From NCBI RefSeq assembly GCF_963921235.1, contig NC_086097.1, forward strand, positions 43,712,001 through 43,776,000: a DNA stretch of 64,000 nt. Direction: 5' to 3'. Below the pieces are notes generated by a model. That model saw only the letters and a list, made by a program, of their open reading frames with translations. It had not been told where the DNA came from and searched no databases. This DNA is from Mobula hypostoma. Its lineage: Eukaryota. Position numbers and translations under genes: made by a program. Position 1 is the first letter of the stretch; each line of letters starts with the position of its first letter. Positions 37,266 to 51,585 of the stretch are shown piece after piece.

Positions 37266-38630
37266 GTTTCTCTTTCCATGGATGCTGCCCAACCTGTATT
37301 TCCAGCACTTAATTATTTTATTACATTACAGTTCTATTTGGCTTTTGAGAAGCTATAACTTAAGTTTAAATCTAAATCATCTGTTACTATACGAAGACTT
37401 TCAAATATCATCTTCAAGAACTTCAAAACTGAAATTAGTTATCTAGTTGTCGTCAGCATCTTTGGTGAGAGGGTAGCCAACATTTCAGATTAAAATAATT
37501 TGAATCAGGTTTAACTGCTGGAAATGTTTTCAATGTCGCTCGGATTGATAGGTTGCTTCCATCAAGAATTGTTTGCTAAATATCTTCAAAAGACAGAAGC
37601 ACAATGTAGAAATGCAATGTCCATCAAATACAAGGTCTTAAGACATACAAGTACAAATGCTAGCATGTGGTCTAATTGCTAAATCAAGTTCAGTGTGAGA
37701 ACGTGGAACATTATGCACTTTGGTCACTTTTTAATTTTCCAATCTGTCAAGCCTCAACAAACAAAAACACTTCTGACATCATCAGTCATAAATGGAGCAG
37801 CTGAAGATGGCGCATCCTAGGACTCTGCTGAGATATCCCTTCAACAAAGATATAAGCAGAAAAAAATTGACCAATAACCAGTGCCATCTTTACAGCAGAC
37901 AACTCCAGCAAATGAGATTCTGACCCAATTCACATTGACTTTTTATTTTGAGACCGTTTGATGATAATTTGTAAATTGCTGCCTTGCTGTCAAAATCATT
38001 CAATCCTTGCCTTCATGTCAACTCGATTTGCTCATACAAGATCTTGCCAAGTCATAAGTTTCATGGCTGATGTATTTGCTAAATGCTTGGAATCATCTAT
38101 GATCCGAAACAAGCAAGGAAAGCAGATTGTCTTCCCTGGAGGTTATTAACATACCAGAAAGATTTTTATCAATTATCAAAAAGATTTTTTTTCCTACTTG
38201 TCTTGGAAGATCAAGTAACTGCAAAATCATCAGTTTGCCTTTCTTATAAATGCTGAGCATTTTCAATATTTTGATTTTTATGACACCTTGGCAGTATTAT
38301 GGTCTTGTATTCCTAATTACTGTAATTAAATTCCTCATCTTCTATGATAGAATTTGCTCACATCCACAGATCATTTATTCAGATTTCAGAATAACTACCA
38401 CCATACTTTGTTTAGTGAAAGCTTTTTCAAATAGTCTTACAAAGCTTTAGAATATGGCCCTTCATAATTAGGTAAGAATTACTTTTCAGAATAAAGAAAT
38501 GAACCTTTGTACATAACAGTTTAAATGAACACCCAAGTACTCTGGTGTCAATGCAAGTCAAATAAACTTTTTTTGCAACTGCTAACTTATTTGGACAAAT
38601 TTAAGCTCATGAAGGTAGCACTATTTTCAT

Positions 38631-39992
38631 AAATAAAACATGTGAAAATGTGCAGATGCTGGAAATCCAAACAACATACATACAATGCCGGAGGAACTCA
38701 GCAAGCTGGGCAACATCTATGGAAAAGAGTATGGTCAACGTTTCGGGCCGAGACCCCTCAACAGGACTGGAGAAAAAAAAAGACGAGGGGTCAGAGTTGG
38801 AAGGTGGGGGGAGGGGAGGAAGAAACAAGGTGACAGGTAAAACGGGGAGGGGGAGAGGGAGGAGGTGTGAGGTAAAGAGCTGGGAAGTTGATTGATGAAA
38901 GAGATACAGGGCTGGAGAAGGGGGAATCTGATAGGAGAGGACAGAAATCCATGGAAGAAAGAAAAGGGGGAAGAGCAGCAGGAGGGAGGTGTTGGGCAGG
39001 CAAGGAGATAAGATGAGAGACAGAAAAGGGAATGAAATGGTTGGAGGGGAGAGGGGGCATTACTGGAAGTTCAAGAAATCGATGTTCATGCCATCAGGTT
39101 GGAGGCTACCCAGATGGAATACAAGGTGTTGCTCCTCCAATCTGAGTGTGGCCTCGTCGTGACAGTAAAGGAGGCCATGGACTAACATGTCTGAATGGGA
39201 ATGGGAAGTGGAATTAAAATGGGTGGCCACTGGGAGATCCTTCTTTTCTGGCAGAAGACAGAGTGTAGGGGTCTCTGAACCTATGTCGGGTCACAGTGAT
39301 ATATAAGAGGCCACACCGGGAGCATTGTATACAGTAGATGACCCCAACAGACTCAGAGCTGAAGTGTCATCTCACATGGAAGGACTGTTTGGGGCCCTGA
39401 ATGCTAGTGAGGGAGGAGATGAAGGGGCAGGTGTAGCACTTGTTCCACTTGCTTGTTCCCAGCGGCCACCTACTTTAATTTCACTTCCCATTTTGACATG
39501 TTACTCCATGGTCTCCTCTACCGTTGCAATGAGGCCACACTCAGGTGGAGGAGCAAACCTTTTATTCCATCTGGGCAGCTTCCAATCTGATGGTATTACA
39601 TTGACTCTCGAACTTCCAGTAATGCACCCCACGTCACTATTCCCCATTCCCTCCCCCCCCCACTCACCTTATCTTCTTACCTGTCCATCACCTCTCTCTG
39701 GTGCGCTACCCCTTTTCTTTCCTCCATGGCCTTCTGTCCTTTCCTATCAGATTCCCCCTTCTTCAGGCCTGTATCTCTTTTGCCAATCAACTTCCCAGCA
39801 CTTTACTTCACCCCCCCTTCCCAGTTTCACCTATCACCTTGTTTCTTCCTCCTCTCACCCACCCCCACCTTCTAACTCTGACTCATCTTTTCTTCTCCAG
39901 TCCTGATGAAGGATCTCAGCCCGAAATGTCGACTATACTCTTTTTCATAAATGCTGCCTGGCCTGCTGAGTTCCTCCAACATTTTGAATGTT
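38631..39992. mobile_element. Penelope-like element with inverted terminal duplication
   Basis: A minus-oriented 3' part (tail through GIY-YIG remnant, to about 39455) is joined to a plus-oriented copy of the same 3' part. 11-bp TSD ACTATTTTCAT (38620-38630, 39993-40003). Confidence 0.85.
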
Positions 39993-42584
39993 ACTATTTT
40001 CATTAAAATGCCTGCAATCACTATAGAAATTAAAATTGATCTGTGTAAATGATTAATGATCTGGAGTTGCAGTTACTTTTATGTTTTGTAACTTCATTGA
40101 AATTCCTTCTCTTGCTCCCAGATGAATCAATGCTGGAAATGAAGTTTCTTTCATATAGCTGAATCACGAGATGCTGCTGTTATTGATTGTAGATCTACTT
40201 GCATTCACTTTCCTTAAACATTTTTCAATTCACTAACCAGTGGTTAGATTTTTAGAATATTAACAGAACCTAGTACTCCAGTCAGCCTTGGATTATGATA
40301 ATTTTTGACATTTATTTTCCATATTGTCCTCGGAGTTTTTTCTCTTTCCTAAAAAATGTCTTTCCTAATTTCAACTAAAACTTATTTTAGCAAACTTACT
40401 TTGCCATCTCCAACCACCTTTCAGTAAATCTAACATTATTCAGTCCATTCAGATTTGTCTAATTAGTAAGAATTGGAGACAAGAATGAAATATTGAATTT
40501 TGAAGAAAGAATACCAACAAAATAATGTTTATGTGTATTAAAATTCTTCTGGGTGTGTGTTACAAGTAATTAATAATCAGAATTTAAATATTTCTGGTAC
40601 ATATTAAATGCCTTAACAATCTATTAATCTCCAAAAAGTGTCAATAGTTGCATTGTTACTTTGCCACTTGCAAATTCAATCCATGCTGACTCTCCTGTGC
40701 AGTCTTGAAGGTCATCAATGGTGCTTTTTCTGATCAATGATTTCATGGCATTGATTAATCGCTGAGAATTTTTAATCAAATATTTATTCCCCCATGGATT
40801 TCACTATACATATCACATTGCCAGACATTACAATGTACAGATTAGCTGCCCTTTTTCTTGTTTAACAGCAATAAATAAATTTCATAGCATTTTGGAAACC
40901 TCAGGATCCAGAACAGCATTACACAAACGTGTTCTTTCCACAGTCTTCTGACTAAATTTGACTTGACAATCTTTTAGAAATAAAAACGTAAAAGGTCCAA
41001 CCAATCAGATTGTAGAGTTATTTCAAAGAAAGACTGATACTTTCTTGCACAACTGACAGTTCTCTGATATAGAGGCAGATAGAAAATCCATTTAATTTCT
41101 CAGCTATTTCTCTATTCTCATTTTTAATTCAACCTGCTTCGAAGGGACTTAGAAAAAAGTTGTTTCAGTATGGAAAATGACAAGTAGCATTAGTGAATCT
41201 ATTTAATGCTAATTTACATTTAATCTATGTATTCCTTCCAAGATCAGCAGGTGATTTGTTTTTTTTTAACGTCATCTTTGAATAATTAGGATTAAAGATG
41301 TAGTTAGAGTGTTAGAAACAGGAACTGGGAAGGGGATTAAACAGTTGATGAAAACTCAGCCATCTAGGGGTTTATAAACATTATTTAGTTCACCTTCAAC
41401 TTTCTTGTAAAGTTTTATTTCCAAGACTACATCAATATATTTGTTAGACTCAGAACCTTTGTGCCTTTTCAGTTATCACCAGATAGCATTCCTTTGACAA
41501 GGAATATATAACAGTATTGGACCAAATAGCTGTCTTCTGCGTGGAAGTGTGGGAACACAGTAAAATTCTGATAACCCAGCATCTGATTGTGGGAAAATTC
41601 TGATGGTTTAGCATCTAGCTCACTCATTAGTCCACAGTGCTAATCATCAATCCAACCTGCAAGTGAGATGGGCAGCTGGACTTGAGAACATCAAAAGGGC
41701 AGTCTGAAATTCATTGGGTTCTACTCCCAGCCCCTTTTAAACTCATTGGAAAACTTATACTAAAACCTAATACGAAAAATGTGAAAATGAAATCATGTTT
41801 GGGATTTGGTGTCAGTAGGAGAAATTACATCACTACATAGTTCCAATTTGTAAAATAACCAAAAGGGAGTAGGGAAAAGAGATATAACATTTCAATGGAA
41901 TTTGTTAAAACTTTCAATGCAAAATAAAACAGTAATTTAATTCATGGATTTTTCAATTATGTTCAACATATAATATTCTCACGCTTTGATAATTCACAAT
42001 TCTTTTTAGTTTTATGTGTATTTAACCTAGAATACTTGAATCTAGTTTTGTGTGTCAAAGGAAATGGAGTTTGTTATCTCCCTGAAAACAGTATTTATTC
42101 GTATAAGTTACATCACGGTTCGGAAAATGCAGAAGCTTTATGAGGTTGCAAGAGTTTGGCAAGTTACAGCAATAATCATTACAGCATTTTACCGCAATGA
42201 AAAGCAAAACATTTTCTACATATTTCTTATGCCTCCTCTATTATTACATGAAAGGCAAATTAGAGGGAAAAATCAAAAACAAGAGTTCAAAACCGGTCAT
42301 TTAACATTAATTTTATCAGATGGGGCATGCTTGTAAAGAACTTTTTAACTTCAAATTTCAGTAGTTGATTGAACACTCTTTAAATAAAATAGAGAGGAAC
42401 ATGTAGGTTAAGTCAGGTGTCCAGGCAGCTACATTTCTATCATGCAGAGTAGAGCTAATGGCTCAATTGAAGCAACCTCAAATGTGCAATTAGGGAAAGA
42501 AAGCAATGGAAGATTGTGGAAACAAATGATAGCCCCAGATCCAATTAACAAATAAAAAGGTAGGTTATTTTTGGCTTTGTAATA

Positions 42585-43506
42585 CAGTGGATTCCAGTTA
42601 ATTGGGCCATTGGTTTACTTGGGACAACTCTTAAAGAACAAAAACAAATTGAGAAAATAGCCAGGATTCCCTTCACTTCAGTTGCATGCAGTTTGCTGAA
42701 ATAAGTAGTGTTGCTTTGCTGCTGCTTGTGTGTGGGAGGGGTGAGCAGGAGGACTTTGGGGTTCTAACATTTTACTGTCGCTCATTCTTTGGGGTACTCT
42801 CCTGTTTTTGTGGATGTCTGCGAAGAACAAGAATTTCAGGTTATATATTGTATACATTCTTTGATATTAATTGGAACTATTGAACTGTTGTGCGGCCGTT
42901 AGACACTACACCATGCTTAGCGCAGTTTTTTAAATGGCATCAGTTGTGTGTGTTTATGTTCAAAAGCAATAATAATATATTTGACAAGAAATGAGCAGTA
43001 AGACAATTAAGAAGTGTTTTGCTCACTGCAGTTTCAAGCATTCCATGAAGATGCTAGAAACAGTTGGGAGTAAAAATTAAACTATTTCATTACTTCAACA
43101 AGTTAGGAACCATGAAGAATTTGAATAGGTCAATCATCTTGAATGTTATACGTATTAAAAATGAAGATTCGGAAGATGCAATTGTTGAAAGCGTTGTACG
43201 AAATCCATTACCTGCACCAGGTATCTGCACTGATTTTGTTCATTTAAGAGTCTGTCAAAAGAACATGGCAGCATACATTGGAAGAATTCCTCCATCAACA
43301 GCTATTAGGAACTAATAGTTTTATTGTACTGTAGTAGTATTGGTAGCCTTCTAATTCATTCTCTATTTCATTTAAATACATAATTGTTAATCAGTAAAAT
43401 GGTAGCTTGTCTTTTTTATACTCTTTTAACTGCTAAGTTTCGGCTAATTGGGGAAGCCGCTTAATTGGGCCAAAATGTAGTGGTTCCAATGAACCAAAAT
43501 CCACTG
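42585..43506. mobile_element. Non-autonomous Tigger/pogo-like DNA transposon remnant
   Basis: Imperfect TIRs CAGTGGATTCCAGTT / AACCAAAATCCACTG flanked by TA on both sides, with subterminal TTAATTGGGCCA repeats. A LINE-tail-like insert lies at about 42685-42885. Confidence 0.7.
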
Positions 43507-43996
43507 TATATTTAAAATAGCAGTAAAAGATGAAAATTAGGATTTCCACATTGACTGAACGAAGTACAATTAGATAAAGACAAATTAGCACCAGTGGGAC
43601 AAAAAAAAACTACAAACAGATACAGGAAACTACTACAAAAAAATTAAATTTTTTTGCCATTATTGCGATATATCTGGCTCACATGGGACCACCTGTCGTC
43701 CAAGACATTACACCTTCAATTCAGCACAATGACTAGGCTGATGCTGCAGTAAAGAATTCAAAATGCTATGCTATCAGAAGGTTTATCAGTGCAAGTGTCT
43801 TTCAGTTTAGGTACTTCATTATCTGTCTCCAAAGTAGATGCAAAACAAACTTACTACAGCACTATTGAAAGCTTCAAGGCATTTCCAGTATGATAACAAT
43901 GTTATAAACACTGAATGCCTATATATTTTACAAATATTGTATACCTTATGGTATTTGCTGCTTCTATTTTCAACATACATGTCCTTTGATAATAAA

Positions 43997-44082
43997 CACA
44001 CATAAAAGTTGCTGCTGCGTTCACCAGCAACTTTTATGTGTGTTGCTTGAAATTCCAGCATCTGCAGATTTCCTCGTGTTTG
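43997..44082 (+). mobile_element. 86-bp Penelope tail insertion with 5' fold-back
   Basis: Perfect 20-bp inverted repeat (43995-44014 / 44025-44044). 13-bp TSD CTTTGATAATAAA (43984-43996, 44083-44095). Confidence 0.85.
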
Positions 44083-45315
44083 CTTTGATAATAAATTTAC
44101 TCTGAACTTTGAAAAACTATTGCTAATGTAAAAACAAGTGAATACTTTGTATGAGAGGATATTTATTCCACAATCAAATAATTTGGTCATTAGCAAAATC
44201 CACCAACAGCAGAGAGACAATGTTTAAATATGCTACTACATTCCTTAAACCAAAACAATATTTAAAAAGCATAATGTACAAGCTGTTTACAAGATAATAT
44301 ACACGATTGAGAAAAAGCTACAAGTGAAAAGATCTCTCAACATGAAATGGTGACATACTGACACAAAATTTTGACACAGGAAGTAAGCTTATAATGAAAA
44401 GAAGTGCTTACATTGCACAAGCGAGATTCTGCATGGAAAAAAAAACTCCCTAGATGTTTCAGTGAGCAAAACAATGCCCAAATGGACTTTAAGTGAGGCA
44501 TTACTCACTTAAATGAGTAATAGTAATGCCTCATTGTGAGTTAATCCAGAACTTTAAAATGCATGGGATTGAAGCCGATTTGGTGGTTTGGATTTGTAAT
44601 TGGTTTACCCATAGAAGAAAAAGGGTAGTGGTGTATGTAAGTGTATTATTCTAGGTGGAAATCTGTGATCAGTGGGGCTCTGCAGTAGGGACCTTTAGTT
44701 GTGAAATACATAACTCAAACACAAATGTAGATGTGTTTAGCTAGTAAATTTCCAGTCATCACAAATTGGTAAACAGTGAAAAATGTCATCAAAGTGTAAG
44801 CAGGATATAGATTAGTTACAGATACGGGCAGAGAAATGACAGATGGGAGCTTAATCGTAGCAAGTGCGATTTTTGTAAATTCAGAGAGCCTGGAAGACGT
44901 TGGCAGGGGTAGCAATGGAAGCAGATAGGACAGTGACATTTAATAAGCTTTTCAGTGGGCACTCAAACTTGCAGGGAATGGAATTAAATGGATCATGTGT
45001 TGGCAGAGGAATTAGTTTAGTGAGGCATCATGTTTGGCAGAGACATTTGTGGGTCAAAGGGCCTGTTCCAGAGCTGTATTGTCCTACCTACAAAATAGCA
45101 TTACCCTCCAAATCAAAAAAATTAGATTAGCAGAAGCAATAGTTGAACTCATTCAAAATATCGGATTAGTGTTATATCTCACATGGTAAAATTTATATAT
45201 AGACTTTATGTATAGGAATATGAATTTGGAATTCAATCCAACAAAAGGGACAAATGGACTTTAAAATGTCTCCTCACAACCTTCAAAAAATTATTGCAGA
45301 ATATGAACAGTGAGT

Positions 45316-45523
45316 AGCTGGCTGGTGGCGCAGTGGCATCAGTGCTGGACTTTAGAGCGAAGGCTCCCAAGTTCGAATCCAGCTGGCTCCCTTGCACGCT
45401 TTCCATCCGTGCTGGGTTGAGCGTCGAGCTAGTAACTCGGCCTCGTAAAAATAAGGCCTGCTAAAAAAAAACGCAGTCATGACAGTGTCCCGATGACTCC
45501 ACCTGGAGTTAAGGGTTTTCTTC
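45316..45523 (+). mobile_element. Intact tRNA-derived SINE
   Basis: A box TGGCGCAGTGG (45326-45336), B box GTTCGAATCC (45371-45380) and a (ttc)n tail. Perfect 14-bp TSD TATGAACAGTGAGT (45302-45315, 45524-45537). Confidence 0.9.
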
Positions 45524-45700
45524 TATGAACAGTGAGTGGTGTTAGTGTCCATATTGAAAGCAGAATGTAATTGACCTTCCTGACTATAGCCTTTAGGACC
45601 TAGGGCATTCAGTCATTTAAAATTTATATAAGATACTGGATTTGCAATGGTCTGCTGAAAGTGCTAGCCTTACTTTGTGACAGCTCCTGTGTATCTATCG

Positions 45701-45881
45701 CAGGGTTCGGCAACCCTTTTGCCTCTGTGGGCCAGATAGTGTATTAATGAGCCAGATAAATGCCATAAAAAATCTTAAAATATGGGAATTATCCATTTAA
45801 ATACATCTAGTTATGCTTTGCCTCAAGTTAATGAATAATGCACGCTAGAAAATCATTTGTGCTTAAGATTGCCTACCCCTG
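45701..45881. mobile_element. hAT MITE
   Basis: TIRs CAGGGTTCGGCAACC / GATTGCCTACCCCTG (12/15 match) and 8-bp TSD ATCTATCG / ATCTATCA. Confidence 0.8.
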
Positions 45882-46299
45882 ATCTATCACAATATTCTGT
45901 CAGTGAACTCTAGTTGGGAGGAATACAACTCGTGAAAGAATCACCCCTCTAATTACAGGACATCACAGGGATAAAGAACTGTTTTATTTCAATGGAGATT
46001 ATTGGTCTACATTTAAGTTATTTTATGTTAATTTTTTAAATTCAGAACATCTTAATGCAAATTTAAACTAAAAAAAATTGAGGATCATTTAAAATCTATC
46101 CGAAATATTAATGAACAATCCAAAAATCCTCAACTTTGAACAGAACATTCCTTCTGCTACTTTGCCTCTTATCAAAACCGTACAATATGCATTACAGCAC
46201 CAGAGGCAAAGTTGCCACTGAGATGTGATTTAAGGGCAATGATGGCTCTGAAATCCTTTGCATTTGGACCATACATCTGTGCGGGTGACAGGTCAGATA

Positions 46300-47565
46300 A
46301 GACATAAGACATAGGAGTGGAATTTGATCTATTCAATCTGCTCTGCCATTAGATCATGGCTAATTTATTTTTCCTCTCAACCCCATTCTCTTAACTTCTC
46401 TCGTTACCTTTGACACACTTACTAATTAGGAACCTATAAACCTCTTCTTTAAATATACCCAATTGTCAATGAATTCCATAAATTCAGCACCTCTAGCTAA
46501 AAAAAAATCTTCCTAAGCTCTGTTCTAAAGGGCATCCCTTTATTGAACCTGTGCCCTCTGATCCTAAACTCTCCCACTACTGGAAACATCCTCTCCATGT
46601 CCACTTTATTCAGGCCTTTCAATATTCACTAGTGTTCAATGAGATCCCTCCTCATCCTTCTAAACTCTAGCGAGTATAGGTGAGAGCCATCAAATGTCCC
46701 TCATACATTAACACTTTCATCCCCAAGATCATTCTTGGCCCTCTCCAATGCCAACATATCTTTCCTTGGATAAGGGGCCCCAAAACTGATTACAATACTC
46801 CAAATGCCATCTGACTAATGCCTTATTATGCTTTAGCATTACATCTTTACTTTTATATTCTAGTCCTCTCAAAATGGATGCTAGCATTCCATTTGCCTTC
46901 CTTACCATCCACTCAACCTGTAGGTTAACCTTTAGGGAATCCTACATAAGGACTCCCAAGTCCCTTTACATCTCTGATTTTTGAACTCTTTCTCCATTTA
47001 GAAAATAGTCATCACCTTTATTCCTTCAACCAAAGTGCATGACTGCACCATGCTGTATTCCATCTGTCACTCCTTTGCCCGTTCTCCCAACCTGTCCAAG
47101 TCCTGCAGACCCCCCGCTTCTTTAGCAGTCCCTGCCCCTTCCATCTATCTTTGTATTATTAGTAAACCTGGCCTCAAAGCCATTAATACCATCATCCAGA
47201 TCCTTAACATACAAAATGAAAAGTAACAAACCCAACACTGAACTCTAGGGAACACCACTAGTCAACAGCAGCCAACCAAAGAACGCCCTTTTATTCCCGT
47301 TCTTTTACTTTGTCAGTCAGCCAGCCAGCCTTCTATCCATCCTAATATTTTTCCTGTAACAGCATGGGATCCTATCTTATTTAGCAGCATCATGTGCAGC
47401 ACCTTGTCAAAGGGCTTCTGAAAATTCAAGTAAACAACAGTCAAAGACTCTCCTTTGCCTGTCCTGCTTGTTATTTCCTAAAAGAATTCCAACAGATTTG
47501 TCAGGTTAGATCTTCCCTTGAGGAAACAATGCTGACTTTGGCCTATTTCATTATGTGCTTCCAGC
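46300..47565 (-). mobile_element. Degraded CR1 LINE 3' portion
   Basis: Starts at a (cataaga)n tail. Nucleotide similarity to the CR1 RT/C-terminus of the 5287-11872 subfamily. Confidence 0.8.
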
Positions 47566-48210
47566 ATAATCTCTGTTATAAAATGTACCAAAAGTATTCA
47601 CAAACAAAATAGTTTTCTTTCAAATTTAGATTGATTTCAATTTGAGAGAAGTATTCAGTATCAAGATGATGTCATGTACACCATCTGTAACTGATGTAAC
47701 ATTAGCATCGACAACATAAATACACTCCTGATAAATGTGTAATTAAATGTTCAAAACTTAAAAAAAAAATCATTTAAGACCAGTAAGATAAAGTGACTAC
47801 CTCATTAGGCATTGTCTATAAGTAACCAAGACCCATATGTCAAAATACCATTTCCATTATTAATCCTTAAAAAGGCACCTGAAGAACCAGTAAATGCATT
47901 GGGCAACCATAGTTTGAGCATCAATTCCGCAAAGTTCCTTAGCCTGTATGCATGTCAATAATCGCCAAGAGTGACTTGCGTTAAATAACATGGCAGTTTC
48001 AATTGAATTGTATGCACTTAGAGCCAAGACAAAATATCCAACACATTCCCCATTTATATTCTCTGCTTCAACAGGAACCTGGGTTAAAAAAGCCTTCCAT
48101 TCAATTCTGATAGCTTTAAAATTGTACAACTCAAAACAATAAAAAAATCATAGGTTCTATACTCTTATTTCCTTGGTTCTTCGCCCCTACTGAAATCTGT
48201 TCTTCTAGAG

Positions 48211-50263
48211 CAGCGGTTGCCAAAGTGGGCAACATCACCCCGCTGGGGGCAGTGGTAGAATCTGAAGGATTACACGCTTAATTTAAGAAATTAATTACTT
48301 ATTATAGGCATTTGATCCTCAGTGCCTCATAATTGATTATGTAATCACCTCATCTCTTGATAACCCATCATTCTCTTAGACTTTGCTCAAAGCAAATTAC
48401 AGTTGTTGAGAAGCAATGTGACATTTCTGTATTTGGCATAGCATGAGAAATCTGGACTAAAGAAATTGTTATTTCTTGCCTCTGCCTATGCATTATTGCC
48501 ATTCACTACTGTAGTACAGTGTTAGTATGATTCCCATACTCATCATGCAGTGATGCAGTTTCTGTGGTTCAGGGTATGGTATTATATTATGAGCTATTAT
48601 GATGTCATAACTTTCCCCTTTATTGATCGCAGTGCTTGGGGTTGGGTTTAAACAATAGGTGAATGATAGTTGTCGTTAATCCATAAAGAAAATGGCAGCA
48701 ACAGAACAAATTGTATTGCTAAATCCATAAAGCCCCATACAATGAGTGAAGGACTGATTAGTAAGGGAGGTTCTGAGTAAGGTTTTGCATAGGTCACCAG
48801 ATCAATTAAAGTGATTCTACTCAGCAACTGCTCTGTTCAAAGGCAAATAAATGAAATATCTGAGAACATGGAAGGCACATTGTGCCACATACTGAGGACA
48901 ACAGAATTTGCTCTGCAGTTAGACAAGTCAAATTTGCCAGGCAATGAATATTTGCTTCTTGAATATGTTTGTTTCATAAAAGTGGAAGTATGGTTTAAGA
49001 GTTGTTATTTGCAAGGGGACAAGAAACATATGAAGGGGGAATCAATATTTCAGGTTGTTGAGTAATTTTTCAAAGAGAAGGATATTCTGCTCTGTAATTC
49101 ACAGACATGTCATAAAAATCCTAAAATCCACAAACCATTGTAATGACAACGGTAAATAAGATCGTCCCATGCTCTCAATTCTCAACTATTGTGAGAACCT
49201 TGTATTGAGAATAATGAACAGATTGAACACTTACTGTTACACACCAGTCAAATGGCTCTCAAAAAGAAACAGATCCTTTTCTGCACGTTTTAAAACTGAT
49301 AAAATTATTTAAAAACTTCAAATGCTTTGTTCAGTAATCAACAAGAATATTATGTATGACATTTGTCAGAATTATTCACAAAGTTTAATGAAATCAATCT
49401 TCAATTGCAAGGAAATTGTGTGAATCTTATTAAAATCAAATCAGTCGTGTCCACACATCTGTCCAAGTTAACTCTATTTAAGTGCAATGTTGGCCAATGT
49501 GACCTTTTCCAGTTTCTGAGCCCCTCTGAAATGGAAGACAAAGGAAGAATACCAGATGATGATCTTCAAGTGTACTGTGCCCATCTGGGTGAGCTGCATA
49601 AAGACAAGTCAGAGAGATTTCAAAATCTTCTCTCAATCCAAATTCCAGATTGGGTAACAAAATCTATTCCTTAAGTAACAGTAAGGATGGAGGAAGAACT
49701 GATCTCACCACAAAGTGACTTAGCGCTGAAGCCAAGGTTCATAAAAACCATAAAACACTTTTGGTTGCAGAAAGAAATCACTGAACACTATCCTGCACCG
49801 TAAAAGGATCAAGATGTTCTTTATTCTCTTTCCAACATCATATTTACAGTATGGTGTCAGTGCAGTTGCCCAACTTCTTTCAGAGCAATGAAACAGACTA
49901 AGTTATTGAATGTGGGGATCTGAGACACATTCTGAGTGACATTCAGTTTGATGCTGAGAAGCTGATAACACTGCACCAAGCCCAGCCATCTCATTAAAAG
50001 GTGAAAAAGCAATGAAGTAGTGAATAGTTGGACAACTAATGCAATTGTTGATGAAAATTATTTTTACTGTAATTAAATATTATCTGCAGATTTATTAAAC
50101 AGACTGGAATAACTTTTGTCTCTGCTTTGAATTTGCAATTCCTATTTTCTTTCACTGTGCATTGTAAACCAAAATTATTTATAGTTTTTATGTAAGGGCC
50201 AGAAAGGAAGAAGAGGGGATGTGGTCTATAGGCGGTAACCCAAAAAAAGTTTGGTAAGCACTG
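48211..50263 (+). mobile_element. Decayed hAT (Charlie/Buster-like) DNA transposon with transposase pseudogene
   Basis: TIRs CAGCGGTTGCCAAAGT / AGTTTGGTAAGCACTG (12/16 match), and the left target TTCTAGAG fits the Charlie preference. Peptides LSNCSVQRQINEISENMEGTLCHILRTTEFALQLDKSNLPGNE and LFTKFNEINLQLQG resemble Buster/FAM200/SCAND3-type transposases. Confidence 0.82.
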
Positions 50264-51585
50264 CTCTGAAAAGTAATACAATAACTAAAACTGAGGAAGG
50301 ATGCAGAAAAGCAATTTGAATTTCAGAATATTCTGCATTTGAAAATGTGTAGTTTTTTCAAATGCTATCATAGAAATTGGAAAAAAAAACTTAATGAAAA
50401 GAAAAATATTCCAAGTAAGATTATTAATCAACAATTACTTTAATCATTTTCTAAATTGAAAGAACCATTACAAGCAGCTAAGTTGGGATAAGGGTTCTAA
50501 CAGTAGGATCAACCACTTTGCCTTGAGCTTCATGATAGTTCCTTAAGACACTACAGCACAGAAACAGGCCCTACGTGCACCCAGTAGGTACTCCATTTTT
50601 CTGCCTAGTCCAATCTACCCACACCCACATCATAGTCCTCCATACCTCTTCCATTTCTCTTTAAAGTTGCAATTCAACATATATCCACCACTTCTGCTGG
50701 CAACTCATTATACACTCTTACACCACTCTCTGAATGAAGCAGTCTCTCTCAGGATTCCCTTAAATATTTCACCTTTCACCCTAGACTCATGACCTCTAGT
50801 TCTAGTCTCCCCCAACCTCAGGGGAAAAAGCCTGTATGTATGTACCCTATTTATACTTCTCATGTGTATATCCCTGTAAGATCTCCCCTCATTTTCCTGT
50901 TTCAGGGAATAAAGTCCTAATGTATTCAACCTTTCCTATAACTCAGGTCAAGTCCTGGCAACATCCTTGTAAATTTTCTCTGCACTCTTTTCAAGCTTAT
51001 TGATATCTTGCCTGCAGATAGGTGGCCAGAACTGTAAACAATACACCAAATTTAGTCCCAACATTGTGCAACTTCAACATAACATCCCAACTCCTATACT
51101 CAATGCTCAAATTTATGAAGAACAATGTACCAAAAGCTTTCTGTATGACCCTACCTACCTTCAAGGATTTATGAATCTGTATTCCTAGATCCCTTTGTTC
51201 TACTCCACACCTCAGTACAAGTCTTATCCTGGTTTGGCCTGCCAGAGTGGAAAACTTCAAACTTTGTGCCATTTTTCAGCTGATGCAGATTACACGTCAA
51301 GTCTTGATAGCCTTCTTTGCTGTCTATCCAAACACTTAGATAACCTGACGCTTAAAATACCATCAAATATTTTACCCATGACTGATATTGAGCTCACTGG
51401 CCTTTAACTTTAACATCCGCACATCACCCGTGGATAAGAACATAAGAGTCTGAGTACTGCAGCCCATCTAATCTGTGCTGAACTATTATTCTGCCTCGTC
51501 CCATTGATCTGCACCTTGGCCATTGACCTTTATATTCATGTAGTTATCCAAACTTCTCTTAAGTGTTGAAATCAAACCTACATTT

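Noticed and set aside
41555..42010. Possible Tigger-like remnant beginning cagtaaaattctgataa
   Set aside because: A matching right TIR and TSD could not be identified with confidence.
45316..45395. tRNA gene
   Set aside because: A and B boxes are present, but there is no full cloverleaf or acceptor stem. The unit continues into a body and tail flanked by a TSD, so it is a SINE.
48811..49674. Domesticated transposase gene (ZBED8/FAM200/SCAND3-like)
   Set aside because: Fragmented by stops and frameshifts and still bounded by TIRs, so it is a decayed hAT element.
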